DNA from: Massalongia carnosa
Taxonomy: Eukaryota
Direction: 5' to 3'
DNA length: 64,000 nt
NCBI GenBank assembly: GCA_965645245.1
Contig: OZ287085.1
Span: 1,054,001-1,118,000, forward strand
Positions 36,979 to 49,200 of this stretch are shown in pieces (the stretch's first letter is position 1; each line of letters starts with the position of its first letter). The notes beneath the pieces are model-generated. The model saw only the letters and a list, made by a program, of their open reading frames with translations, had not been told where the DNA came from and did no database searches. A program made the position numbers and the translations under genes.

Positions 36979-39900
36979 CCTCAGTAAGCGCAGCGCAGGG
37001 CTAACGCTGATGAGCCGCCTGATAAGCGCTCCAGGTCTGTTTCAACTGATTGTTGAAGTTCTTGGCTAGCCCTCTGCCAGTCGGAGTGTCCTCTATCATG
37101 TCAGCAGGCCGGACTCGAGCAATCTGCCTCGTATACGAGTCACGCTTACGCTGAGCCGGCGTAGCGTTGAGGGCGCGCCGTCGTCTACCGCGCGAGGCAG
37201 TCAGCTTGCGCTTGATCTTCTCACAAAAAGCGGAGATGCGTTGATCGTGTTCATGTTCTTTAAGACGTCTTCGTGCCTTCGTCTGCAAGTGAGCCAGATG
37301 CAGCTGAATTAGAGAAACGTGAGTTTTGGCTTCGATGATGATTTGCGGAGTAGCGCGAAATCCTCCGCTTATCGCTCACATACACTCTCGCTGTATGTCA
37401 CCGAGCTGTTTGTTGATCCTCTGCGTGCCGTCGGGACGGCCATATGGCGAATGCCAGACGGTAGAGCCAAAGGTAATTGCCGGTCGCACGACGGCGCTAT
37501 AAACGTGTCTCGCCTTCGTAAAGCACGCTCCCCACCTAGAAGCCTTAAGCCTGGATAATGCCAAGGTCTGCGTAGCCATTTTGCCCTGTATGAACTTTGG
37601 ATGAGGGCGCTATTTAAGCTTGGAGTTGATCTGAATTCCAAGCACTCGTATCGACGGCGAAGACGTCTTGTCCACGCCTCCTATGCACACGGCAGCCGTC
37701 ATGTCAAAGAGACGATCATTTCTGGCGAGATATAGGAGCTCGTATTTAGCAGGCGCGAAGTGCGTTCCATGACGTCTAGCCCACAGCTCGCAAATCTCGT
37801 GAGCACGTTCTAAAGCTCGACAGTTACTCGCAGTCGAGGTGCCGTATGCCAGTATATTGATGTCGTCAATAAACCCCAACGCGGTGACTTTGAGTCGAGA
37901 TCGCTCTAGCTCCTCCAAAATATCTTCGTTGTAAAAAATATAGAGAATGGGCGACACTGGCGACCACAGCGGTATACCGGCGTGAACAAGGCGCATCGAA
38001 GACGTCTAACCGCCGATTGTCAGTGTGGACCTTCTTTGCTGTAAAAAGCTGCCGACCCATGCTACGATCAATTCAGGAATTTTTCTCTTGCGCAGATTGT
38101 GTAGCATTCTCTCCGCCGAGACGTGATCAAAGGCACCGGCTACATCAATGCTCAAAAGCGTTTCCACTTTGTCTGACCCCGTGTTCCACACCATGTGTAT
38201 CTGTTCGGTAAGGAATTCAAGCGCCGTTTCACAGGATCTTTATCGTCGTCCTCCCATCTGAGACTAAGGAAACAGATTGTGGGTCTCCGCAATAGCGGCG
38301 ATGCGTTTAGCTATAATCGATTCCAAGACCTACCCAAGCGTATTCAGAAGCGCGATAGGTCTATAGGCCTAAACGAGAGTGTAGTTCGGCTTGTTCGGAT
38401 TCTTGATTGTAATAGTGTGAGCCTCGCGAAAGCAGAGTGGGTGATACCCCTGCTCTGCGCAGGTGCGAAACAGAAGGACCAACGTGGGCAGTATCGACTT
38501 GATCAGAAGCTTGAGTATTATATTCGGTATTCCGTCAAGGCCCGGAGCAGAGTCCGGCTTACAACGCTTGATTGCTGCCTCTATCTCCTCGCCTGTGATA
38601 AGAGACTCCGTTTCTGCGATAGCGGGAGGGTAGCGAAACGTTGTCGTGTCGCTGAGGTCTGCCGCGGTTGCATTGGGGAAGAAAGTGTCAGAAAGAAGAG
38701 ACGTCTTTTCGTCGAATGTGGACGCAGTGACTGCTGTGCCGTCCGCAAGCGTGTGCGTCAGATCGGGCACCTTGGGAATGTCTCGCGGTAAGTGACTGCG
38801 CGTACGAGCCCATCGAGCAAGACGCCATATGCCTTCGGACGCAGACGTCATCTCTGCTTAGGTTCTTCTGAAGTCGAGCTTCTTCTCCTTGGTGATGATC
38901 TTCTTCTTTTCATCCGCCGATTTGAGATACCTGCGCCACGTTGCCTCTGTCTTCTACCTCGTCAACTCGCGTCTTCGACATCGAGTCTCCGCTACAGCGA
39001 CAGCACAACGCTCGTTCCAGAAGGGTTTGGAGACGGGGCAGGGAGCCGTCCAGGGAATGGTCTCATTTATCGCGTCAATAATGGCGGACTGTAGTCGATT
39101 CGCTAAGTCGTCTATGGCTTGCGGGGTACGCGGCCACTCCGTGACTACAGGTAGACGAAGACTTTTCGCCAGATTTTCTTCATCGGCTCGCTTCCATGCT
39201 CTCTTGCGACGTTTCACGCTCAGCTCCAGCTCTAGCGTTAGCTTGGTAGAGACGGGTATGTGATCGGACGATTGGTTCATCTCCGGACAGGTGTGACAGT
39301 GCAGCAGACTGTGTCTCAGGGAGTTGGTCATGAACACTAGGTCTATCGTGCTCGTGGATCTGCGTGCGTCCTAAGTGACAGCCACTAGGTAGAGTGAGCT
39401 GCATAGACGCCGCACGAACGACGTCGAGAAGCTGGTCGGCCGCTTGATGTTGTGTAGGCCTGGAGGGGCCACTCCACAGAGGGTGAGGCAGATTAAAGTC
39501 TCCCAGCATGATGTGTTCCTCTTCATCCGCTCATGAATCTTTCGTCTCACCGCCTCCACGCTTTCGAGTAGCTGGCGAGAAGAGTGCAAGTCGGGTGATT
39601 GACTGTAGACGTTATCTATATTGATGTATCGTGGCTCATTACTCGCAGATATTCTTAGTCTCAATGTGCACACGTCCGGCGTGAGGAAGTCCACAGCCCA
39701 AGAATTGACATCCAATCTTTTATTAATATAGAAACACACACGTAAATTCTCATTCGACATAAACACAAGATGAAAGCCGGAATTGAACGGATTGTACGAC
39801 GTGCAAACGCTGGGGTTGCGCCATGGTTCCTGAATTGCTAAGACGTCATACTCCTTTATTCTCTTGTCCGCCAGTAGAGGGGTCATGACCCCGTTCTTGC

Positions 39901-42480
39901 GCTTTCTGATGTTATACTGTAATATTGAAAGAGATGTTTGTCCCGCCATTACTGGGTATTTCGGGAGCCTTTGCCGCTGATTCTGTGAAGCGGCGGGCGG
40001 CCGCGCTTCGGCTTGGGCTGTGGCTGCGTCTGCGAATGCGCCTTCGGCGCCGGAGGAGGCATGGGGTAACGAAGGAGTGCAAGGGCGCTGTCAGACCTAT
40101 GAGAAGACGAGGCCGGCTGTGAGTCAGGTACTGTTAAATAAACAGTTGACGGCATAATGTTGAAATTACTACGGAGGTGACTGCTTATAGCAGTCATGGC
40201 AGCCTGCAGGGCTGAGCTAGAACTAATGGGGCTAAGCGAGTATTCCAACACTCCCCTTCGAGCGTGGCTCCCCTTTCGCCTCCAAAATTGAAACTATCCA
40301 GCTTTTATCACTCCCCTTGCGAAGTGATTCATCCAGCTGTGTCCGATTCGCTCCCCTTGCGGAACGAATCTAGCTCCCTCTGACTCCATTTTCCCTAAGC
40401 ACGTAGTTCTTTCTTATGTCTTTTGTTGTCCTGCTTTGTAGCCTCATTAAACCCATAACCATCTCTCGAAACGTAGCTTTTGTGAGTGTATGGGTGGATG
40501 GGAAGAGTACTATGGACGTGTTTTGTTGATGGCCTGAGCAGGGCTTTTCTCGATGTCTCTGTTAGACATTTTCCCGCAGACCATTGACGTTGGTGGCCTG
40601 ATCGCAGGGCTTTTATCTCCCCTTGCTGATCTGACCAGTAATGCAAGATGTGAAGTCTTCGAGGCACCGCCCGTTGTAGATGTCCTCCTCAGCACGTTTC
40701 GTACGTACACCACTTTCGATGACGTTTCCGCTTCGTTTCCGCTTCGTTTCTCATCCCTTTCGATGTCGTTTCCACTTCGTTTTCGCGCTTTCCACGTCTG
40801 AACTTTCACCTCATCATCTTCTTGATACGACATGATAGTACGTAGTCTATGCATGAAGGATGCCGTCGGAGGGGCGCAAAGCACAAACCCGGGACTCATA
40901 ACCTGTTAAATAAACAGTTGACGGCATAATGTTGAAATTACTACGGAGGTGACTGCTTATAGCAGTCATGGCAGCCTGCAGGGCTGAGCTAGAACTAATG
41001 GGGCTAAGCGAGTATTCCAACAGGTACAACCGACACGCTGGCTCTGCGCCTAGTAGGAGATAGCGAGGAGCCTTCTCCAGGTCCCTGCGAGTCTGCCCTC
41101 TTGCCGTGTGTAGAGGGGAGAGCCGGAAAGCTGTTGGTGACTGTATTAATGTCGAGGCTCATAATCGTGGAGCCGTCCTGAGTGAACTCGTTCGGCTCCT
41201 CGGTCTCGGGGGTTGGCGAGCGGCTTCGCTCACGCACTGCCTGATAACGTGTTGGCGCAGGTGTATGAGACGTCGTGTCGCCGGCGTTATTGAGTCGTTC
41301 TACTGTCTGACTTTGTCGAGGAACGACAACCGCCTCCGTCTCGACTTGCCATGTTGGTCGGTTCTTCCAGATGCCATTCAGGCGCTCCTTCTCCTCTTTT
41401 CGGACGGGGCAGAGGTGAGACCACGCCGGATAATTCCCGCCGCACACGGCGCATTTGCGTCGATCCGCAGGCGCTTTGCATGCTTGTGAGCGTTGTCCTT
41501 GAGCGCAGCCTACGCATCGAATTGCGTTCTTGCATGCGGTGCCCGTATGTCCGTACTTCTGGCAGTGAAAATACTGTTTTAGACGACAGTTCTTATCGAA
41601 GTACTCACATATTCTATGCGAGTAATCCTGCAGAAGACCCTCTTTAATCAGTCTGTTTGCCGTCTCTGCGGTGGCTACTTCAACTATTAGCGAGGAGTGA
41701 ATCTTGGCTTCTGAAACTGCCCTTTTGGTCCATGCAATGCGGCAGATCTGCAGTCCCGGATGAAGCTGCTCATTCTGTTTCTCTAGACTCTTGATGGTAG
41801 CTTGTGCGTTAACTGTGTCGACGCTGTCTACGCGCACCCCATGCGCTAACACAGCGAATGTGCGTCGCACTACATACGCTGAGTCCGCAAGCCCTTTATG
41901 TAGCTGTTGATCCATCTCCATTCTAGCCTTAGCTTCCATCGTGCACGCCAGCAGCTCCAAGTCGCCGCTTAGGAGCCGTCGCACCGCCTGTACATCGCCG
42001 GTCTTCTCCTCGATAGTCTTGATTCTGTCTATAAGTGCCTTGTTCGACAATGCTTTGATTCCGACTTTCTCTGCGTCGTTCCTGAACTTGATCTGAACGG
42101 ACTTTCTTCTCTTTATCTCCTCCAGCTGTCGTTGCTGCTCCATTACGGAGTTGCGCGTCGCCGTCGTATTGCTGTCGTTTCTGCTTCTTCCCGCGGACGC
42201 TTCCGCGGCGTAGCTCTTGACTGCTGCCGTCGTCTTGGTCGTGTTCGCTTCTATGCGCGTTAATTGCTGTTGAATCAGCTGTACATTATTGCGTAGCTCG
42301 CTCTCCGGAAGCGCGAGAAAGTAAATCAACTCCTTTACTTCTTGTAGCAGTGTCAAGATCTGTGATCCCTTAATTATCTCTCTTGATTTGTCGCGTAGCT
42401 GTTTTTCAATGTCAGCTATTGTGCGTACTGCTCGGCTCGTAAGGTTAGCGCTGCTTTTCTTCTCTTGTAGCGCCCGCGCG
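36979..42480 (-). mobile_element. Tad1-like LINE, degenerate. ORF1 ~42356-39949 is split by a TRIM; ORF2 runs from 39949 (endonuclease + RT) and is 3'-truncated by the LTR.
   Basis: ORF1 has CCHC knuckles (CQKYGHTGTAC, CAVCGGNYPAWSHLC). ORF2 has LQYNIRK, AIQEPW, GDFNLPHPLW, SDHIP, APGLDGIPN, DVAGAFDHV and GFIDDI. Confidence 0.92.
40132..41022 (-). mobile_element. TRIM-like non-autonomous LTR retroelement (891 bp)
   Basis: 119-bp LTRs at 40132-40250 and 40904-41022 that look identical. TG...CA ends, TSD GGTAC, PBS GGTTATGAGTCCC and PPT GAAGGGGAG. Confidence 0.93.
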
Positions 42481-42899
42481 CCTACTCGGCATCGATATAA
42501 CGTCGGTACGCGTTACAAGGGAAGAGGTGTTGAGAGAATAGATAGATGTGAGAGTCAAATCAATAATAGTAGCGTAGATTGTGGTTGTCGATTGAATTGT
42601 TCTCCCTATTGAAGGGTTAAAATTGACTATGTTTAAATAATAGATGATTGAGAATCTCGATAATATGAATGCATTAAAACATCTTTTGAATCAAACTATT
42701 AATCAGTTCAATAAATATAACATCTACGACTGATTTAAATAAATATGTTATTTACGAAAATCGTAGATGTCGTATTGAGCTTAGTCTCAAGATAAGATAA
42801 GATTATGTCGATTAATATAGAATAATTAACAATAGAAAAAGATTGTTGCATAACAACTCGTCATTCTTAATATTACGATTATACATATCTTTATTATTA

Positions 42900-43047
42900 C
42901 GCCGCGCAACGGGTCGGAGTTCTCTACTGAAAACCCAACCCGTTTGTGGCGAACCCTAAGATTTTTGGTGTCCGGGGTGCGTTTTGAAAGTAAAACCCGG
43001 TGTCGAAAAAGCAATTCTGTGGCGAAAACCCAACCAGTTGCGCAGCG
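42900..43047. mobile_element. Possible Tc1/mariner-type MITE
   Basis: Flanked by TA on both sides. Ends CGCCGCGCAACGGG and CCAGTTGCGCAGCG form a 12/14 inverted match. Internal AAAACCC and TGTGGCGA repeats. Confidence 0.5.
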
Positions 43048-46000
43048 TATTTATTACCCTTGAAGAGATATTGGGTGCTCTAAAACCCGTTGCGCCACAC
43101 AAACAGAGATAACTACTTCACATAAATAATTTATCTTGTTAAATTATCCTCCAACCCCGAGATATCAACTGCACATCATATATGGTGCTGGGCGTATAGA
43201 GGAAAGACTTAGTCTCATCGTTTCAATTACGATCATAAACTTGTCGCGAAAATGACTACACTCGAACAAACAAACGCGCTTTCGAGAGCGCACAGCGAAA
43301 GGAGGGAATGTTTACACGTAAAGATCAAGGAGTATCTTGATCGAGTGGGCACCGTTGGTGACCCGGAGGCGTTGCAGTTGCTGAGAAACTCAGCGGAAAT
43401 TTTGCAAGCGCAAAATCTAGTCGATGATAAAGTTGCAGAAACTCCCAACAACATAGGTGACACATTACAGGCAATCCAACAATCATTGACACGCATAGAG
43501 CACAATGAGATCACTCCTCGCAGCTATGCCGCTGCTGCCACAAGGCAAGGCCGAGATGAGCCCGCACCCCCAAAGAACCAAAACGTCAAGCCTCAACAGG
43601 CCCACAAAGACAAAGCACCCACACCAAGAGAAGCGCGACGTGCCCAGGAAATCACCGTTCACATCATGGAGGATGCGGACAAGGAAAAAATGAAGCTAAT
43701 GCCAACCAAGGAGTTAGTAGAAACACTACAAAATGGAGCTGAAGGAATAAGAGGAGTGTCGCGTTTTTAAAACGGCGACATCAGGATTCACGCAGAGTCA
43801 TTGGAAGCAAAGAAGACCCTGCAGGAGAAGACCGATTGCACCCGCATGGTGGCCGCCTCAGCTGCGGTGCACACCCGCACCTTCACCGTAAGAGCGAATG
43901 GAATCAGGGTAGAAAACATCAAAGTGGCCAATCAATCAACAGCAATCACCTACCTTCAGGCCGCTAACGCACGCCTGCACCCTAACCTGAAGATCGTCAA
44001 AGTAGCCTGGTCAATCAAGGCTATTAGAGAGAAAAAAGCGTAGTCGACGCTTCATATAGAGGTCGCCACCGCCGAGATGGCTAACCGGCTCATCACCGAG
44101 GGCCTAATAGAAAGCTACGAAATAAAGGACTGCGAGCGCTTCACACGTGGTTGCACCATGACTCAATGCTTCAACTGCCAAAAATATGGACACATCGGTA
44201 GAGCATGCCGCAATCCCGCCGCCTGTGGTCACTGCGCCGGTAGACATCAAAGCAAAGAATGCAATCTGGAGACAACGGGGCAATACCGCCGTTGCGCCGT
44301 ATGCGGAGAGAAGGGACACGAAGCATGGTCCATAGCATGCAAAGTCAGATTAGCTGAAAAGCGAAAAACTGAAATAGCAATGCAAAACCGCGCCCCCCTC
44401 TATGCAATCGAATCACAGCCGCCATCATTTCAATTTCAACTTCAACGAGAGTCGACACCCACAGTCACACACACGGACGAAATTCCGTCAACGTGGAAGA
44501 TAGTAAACGGCAAGAAAAGAAAAATACACAACGCTACGCCCTCATCCGGCACACTTCCGGGCCCTCATCGGGGAGACGACTCACCTACCTGGGCTAATAT
44601 AGGCATCATAAATCCTGACAAAATGGTAAAGGCCTTAGCAAATCCAGTGCTGGGTAGGCCTCGTGCAGATTTCGTAGAATTAACGGCAGGAACTCAGGTC
44701 ACATCGAACACAACGGCCGAAACGATGGAAATCCTATGAGGGACACAAAATCCCTCTCTATATTGCAGTATAATGTCAGAAATGACAGAGTGAGTACTAT
44801 GATACCCCTCTTAGCAGACACAAACACCCAGGACTATGATATTATTGCAATACAGGAACCGTGGCGCAATCCATCCGCCCCCACATCGCTTAGTTCTCAT
44901 CAAAGCGGCTTTCACCTCCTATACCGCCCAGGAGGTGACACCAGAGTATGCTTTTATGTCAACGACCTAATAGACACTGACAGCTGGGAGGTGGAATTCA
45001 CCTCGGCCGACATGTGCACTTTGAAAATAAAGACCTACACCGAAGGCGTTATGGAAACAATTCACGTCCATAATGTGTATAACCCCTCTCCCGCTTCCTA
45101 TTCATCCACTGACAGTCCCACGACCTTACCGGCGGCTCGGAGCATGCTTACCGCCGATGCGCATCACATACTACTTGGAGATTTCAACCTGCATCATCCC
45201 TTTTGGAATGGTCCCTCAAGACCCACACAACGCGCTGCTGCTGATCAATTACTGGAAACAATCGATGATCATAATCTTTCGTTGACACTGCCGAAAGGCA
45301 CCGTAACCTGGGAAGCAAGAAACACGTCTAGCACGATAGATTTGGTTTTCATGTCAGAATACCTGGTCGAAAGACTCGAACACTGCATGTCCAGACCAGA
45401 ATTGAATCAATCGTCCGATCACGTGCCGATATCAACCCGCATCCTACTCGGAAGCGAGCCGCAACCGAAAATCAAACGAAGAGCATGGAAACTTCTAAAC
45501 CTGGAAAAAGTAAGGGAGGCCGAACGACACGCCCCTATACCGGAGTCTCCCCGTACCACTGCCGAGATTGATGCGTACACGGAATCGATTCAAAAATTTC
45601 TACAAAATGTCATCAACGAAGCAGTTCCATGGGCAAAATCTAGCGAATATGCTAAGCCATTCTGGACAGAAGAATGCAGCATTGCCACCAAAGCCACACG
45701 GAAACTACGCCGCATATGGTCCAGCACGTTAGACCTAACGGACTGGTCTAACTATATGAAATCCAATGATAAAAAACAGAAAATCATTCAAAAGGCAAAG
45801 AGAACAAACTTTCGTCGAGAAATCAATAAGGCCACCGAAACGCCTCAGGGACTATGGCGGCTAGCGAAATGGGCCAAAGACAAAAGTCATCAATCTAGAG
45901 AAGTATCCAAAATGCCGATGCTAAAATTCAATGACCAAGTAGCAGACACGTTTGACCAAAAAGCCGAAATGCTGAAAGGTGTCTTCTTTCCCGCACCACC

Positions 46001-46282
46001 ACCGGCCGACCTAAGCGACATAGAAGGATCCTTCTATCCTACATCGCCGCACTGCCCAATAATCATCACCAAGTCAGAAGTATCGACGGCCCTGAGTCGG
46101 CTCGAGTCCGATAAGGCACCGGGCCCAGACGGCATATCTAACAGAATACTCAAAGCATGCAGCGAAATACTTGTCGAACTACTAACACCTCTGTTTCAGG
46201 CGTGCGTCACACACTCGTACCACCCGCGGGCCTTCAAAATGGCAAACACAATAGCGCTGAAAAAAATAGGCAAAGGAGACTA

Positions 46283-49200
46283 TGTGAGGCGAAGTACGAA
46301 CAGTGTGACTATATGGCTCTACAGTAGTGGTAGGACAATAGAATAGGAGTCGCTATGGAACAGCAGTAGGTGGAGTGTAATCTATAGATTGATCAGTGGC
46401 CCTCCGAAAGAGGTGGGCGAAGGGCTGTTTATCATATAGCCCCACCTTGATCAGGCCACGTTCGTCAAACTAATTGCTATTACATGATTGGACCGGTTGA
46501 GACTATCGCATGGGTGTCTTCCCGCGCACCCCCTGCAGAAGTGTGCGACCGCTTCCTGTCTTATAGAAAGCTGTCCTGACAGTACCCTCCTCCTAGGGCT
46601 CATGTCCTCATGGGCTTGCTGTCGCGTTTTGTATAGTCTCAATCCATCCTCAGCCTAACCCCCGTCGAGTCCCCTGTTATGAGTCCTTTGACATTCCGAA
46701 CATGATTCATGCTTTTGCCTTCAGACTCTCGCACATGGGACTCAAGCGCTGCATCCAGAATCTCCGTTCATGTCGTTTGAGCCATATCTCCAGTAGAACT
46801 GGTGAGTTATCGGCCAGTGTAGTGAATTCCAGTGAGGTTTCGTGAAGAATGTGTGAATAATCCCCCACTTCTCATAAAACTCCCCATCTTTCTCTTTCCT
46901 TTCTCCCTTCTACAAGCACAATCCTAATGCCCAAAACTCCAGAACACCGTGTTATTTCTGCCCCTTCCTTGTCCCCTGATGAGCTCGGGGATTCCCCACT
47001 ACCTCGCGGTAGTGGAAGACGTCTTCCGCCTTCTGGTCTGAGGGAAGTACGTGTTCCTGGCGATTCCCCTTCTGTTGCTCGGTCTTCAGCTCGTTCTCTT
47101 GCGGTTGGTGAGGCCATATCAATTCTTCTCTGCGCCGTCCTCTGTGTCTCCGTCCTCGGCTCCTCCGCCCCTGCGGTCGCTTCCTTCCCGTTCCGGTCGG
47201 TCTTCTGTCTTTTGTAACCCAATGGGCGTTCGTCGGGTGGTGAGAGCTCGTCCGGATTTTATATAGAGGGAGGGTCAACTTCGGCTTCGCGCTCTGCTTC
47301 GGGCTCGCCGGCCTATCGCGGGCCTTCAGGAGATGGTGTGCGTGCGCCTCCTTCCCGTGTGGCTCCTCCCCCCACCAGGCATTCTCCGGCCTCTCGCGGG
47401 TCGCGCGGTGTTGCCTTCCCTCCTCACGAGGATACGTGTGAAGAATGGGAGGGGATTGACCTTGATGGCTACAAGGTCAATGGAGGAGTGATTTGCTTTT
47501 TTCAGAGCGTTAGCAAGGGATACGACGGCCGTTAGATAGAATGAAATTTTAGATTTTCAATCTTTATCCCCTCTCATTTCTTGTTCCTCTTCCGTCTTTT
47601 CTTGACGTGAGAATCATCAGGATTTGCTGGATATTGCTGATGATATATTCTAATCAGGTACTGAGATCCTTCCATGTCTTCGACTGGTAACCATTGATTA
47701 TCTGTATCTGAGTAGCCTAACCATTTCACTAAGTATTGGAGTTTACCATAATGAATCCTACTGTCTAGGATTTTCTCTACTTCCCACTGCTCTTCCCCCG
47801 CGACCTCTATTGCGGGAGGCTCTTCTGATCCTCTTTTTGGATCTATATTGTGGGGTTCTAACAAGGAGACATGAAATACATTATGTACTTCCTTCAGTAA
47901 GCTGGGTAGTCGCAGGCGGTAAGCATTCTTCCTTACGAGATCTATTATCTCATATGGTCCATAATATTTATAATCTAATTTCTTGGATGGCCTAGTAGAC
48001 TTGATGTTTTTAGCGCTCAGCAGAACTTTCTCACCTACTTTATATGTCTTGGGCATATGGTTTTCATTATAGAACTTAGCTTGAGAGTTTACAGCCTCAT
48101 TGAGAAGTTTCCGCAACTTTTCTCTTTGTTTCAGCATGTTCACCGCTCGAAGGCGAGCTGCTGGGGTCTCGCTCTCCCTTGCTTCGAGAATACTATCTTC
48201 CCACTTTAGGGCTTCCCCGAACATTGCTTCGAACGGTGTCATGTTGATGACGCTGTGCAAACTATTGTTGTAAGCAAACTCAGCCATTGGTAACCAATAT
48301 AACCAGTCATCTTGCTGATAGTTCACATAACACCTCAGGTACTGTTCTAAGGTTTGGTTTTATCTCTCCATCTGCCCATCGGTTTGAGGATGGAAGGCTG
48401 TGCTATAATTGAGCCGTACTCGGAGGTAATAACAGAAGTGCGACCAGAATTTGGAGGTGAAAAGACTTCCCCGCTCTGTTACAATCGACACTGGCATACT
48501 GAATTTGGTAAATATTTCTTCGACAAGGACATCGCTCATGTTCTCAGCTTCCCAGTCCTTTCTTGCGGGTATGTAGCGAGAGAATTTCGTATACCTGTCT
48601 ATCGTTACCAGGATAGAGTCATAAACTTGCCCCCACCGAATACTTGGCGGAAGGTCGGTTATAAAGTCCATTGTCCAATTTTGTCTAGGTCCTTGGGGGA
48701 TTGGCAACGACAAAAATTCTCCGTAAGGCTTATGTCTTGGAGCCTTGACCTGATGACAACCAGTACAGGTTTCGACATAACTTTTGATGTCTCTTCGTAT
48801 TTTAGGCCAGTAGTATTTTCTTTGAATTAATTCCACTGTCCGCCTAACTCCAAAGTGGCCCGCATTTGGGTCGTCATGATTCTGTCGCAGTAGCGCTTCT
48901 CTCAATATGCCTGAAGGTACGTACCATTTATTGTCTCTGCATAAAAGGCCGTCTTCTATATGCCAAAGGTTTTCTTTGTCTTTATTATCTCCCCGCGGTT
49001 TCCCTTCCAATGCCAGGGTATCTACCTGCGAGTGACTTTGGACACCTTTGTTGACTTCCAGCGTTCCATACAAACTCCTCCCTCTTGTGTTGCTCCCACT
49101 GTGCCGACGAGGCGGCAAGGGGCCGTCTCTGCTGCGCGAGTTGATCAGACTCTTGCAGTGCCAGAAGGACGGTGCGTAACTCGAGCGGAAGGCTGAGTCC

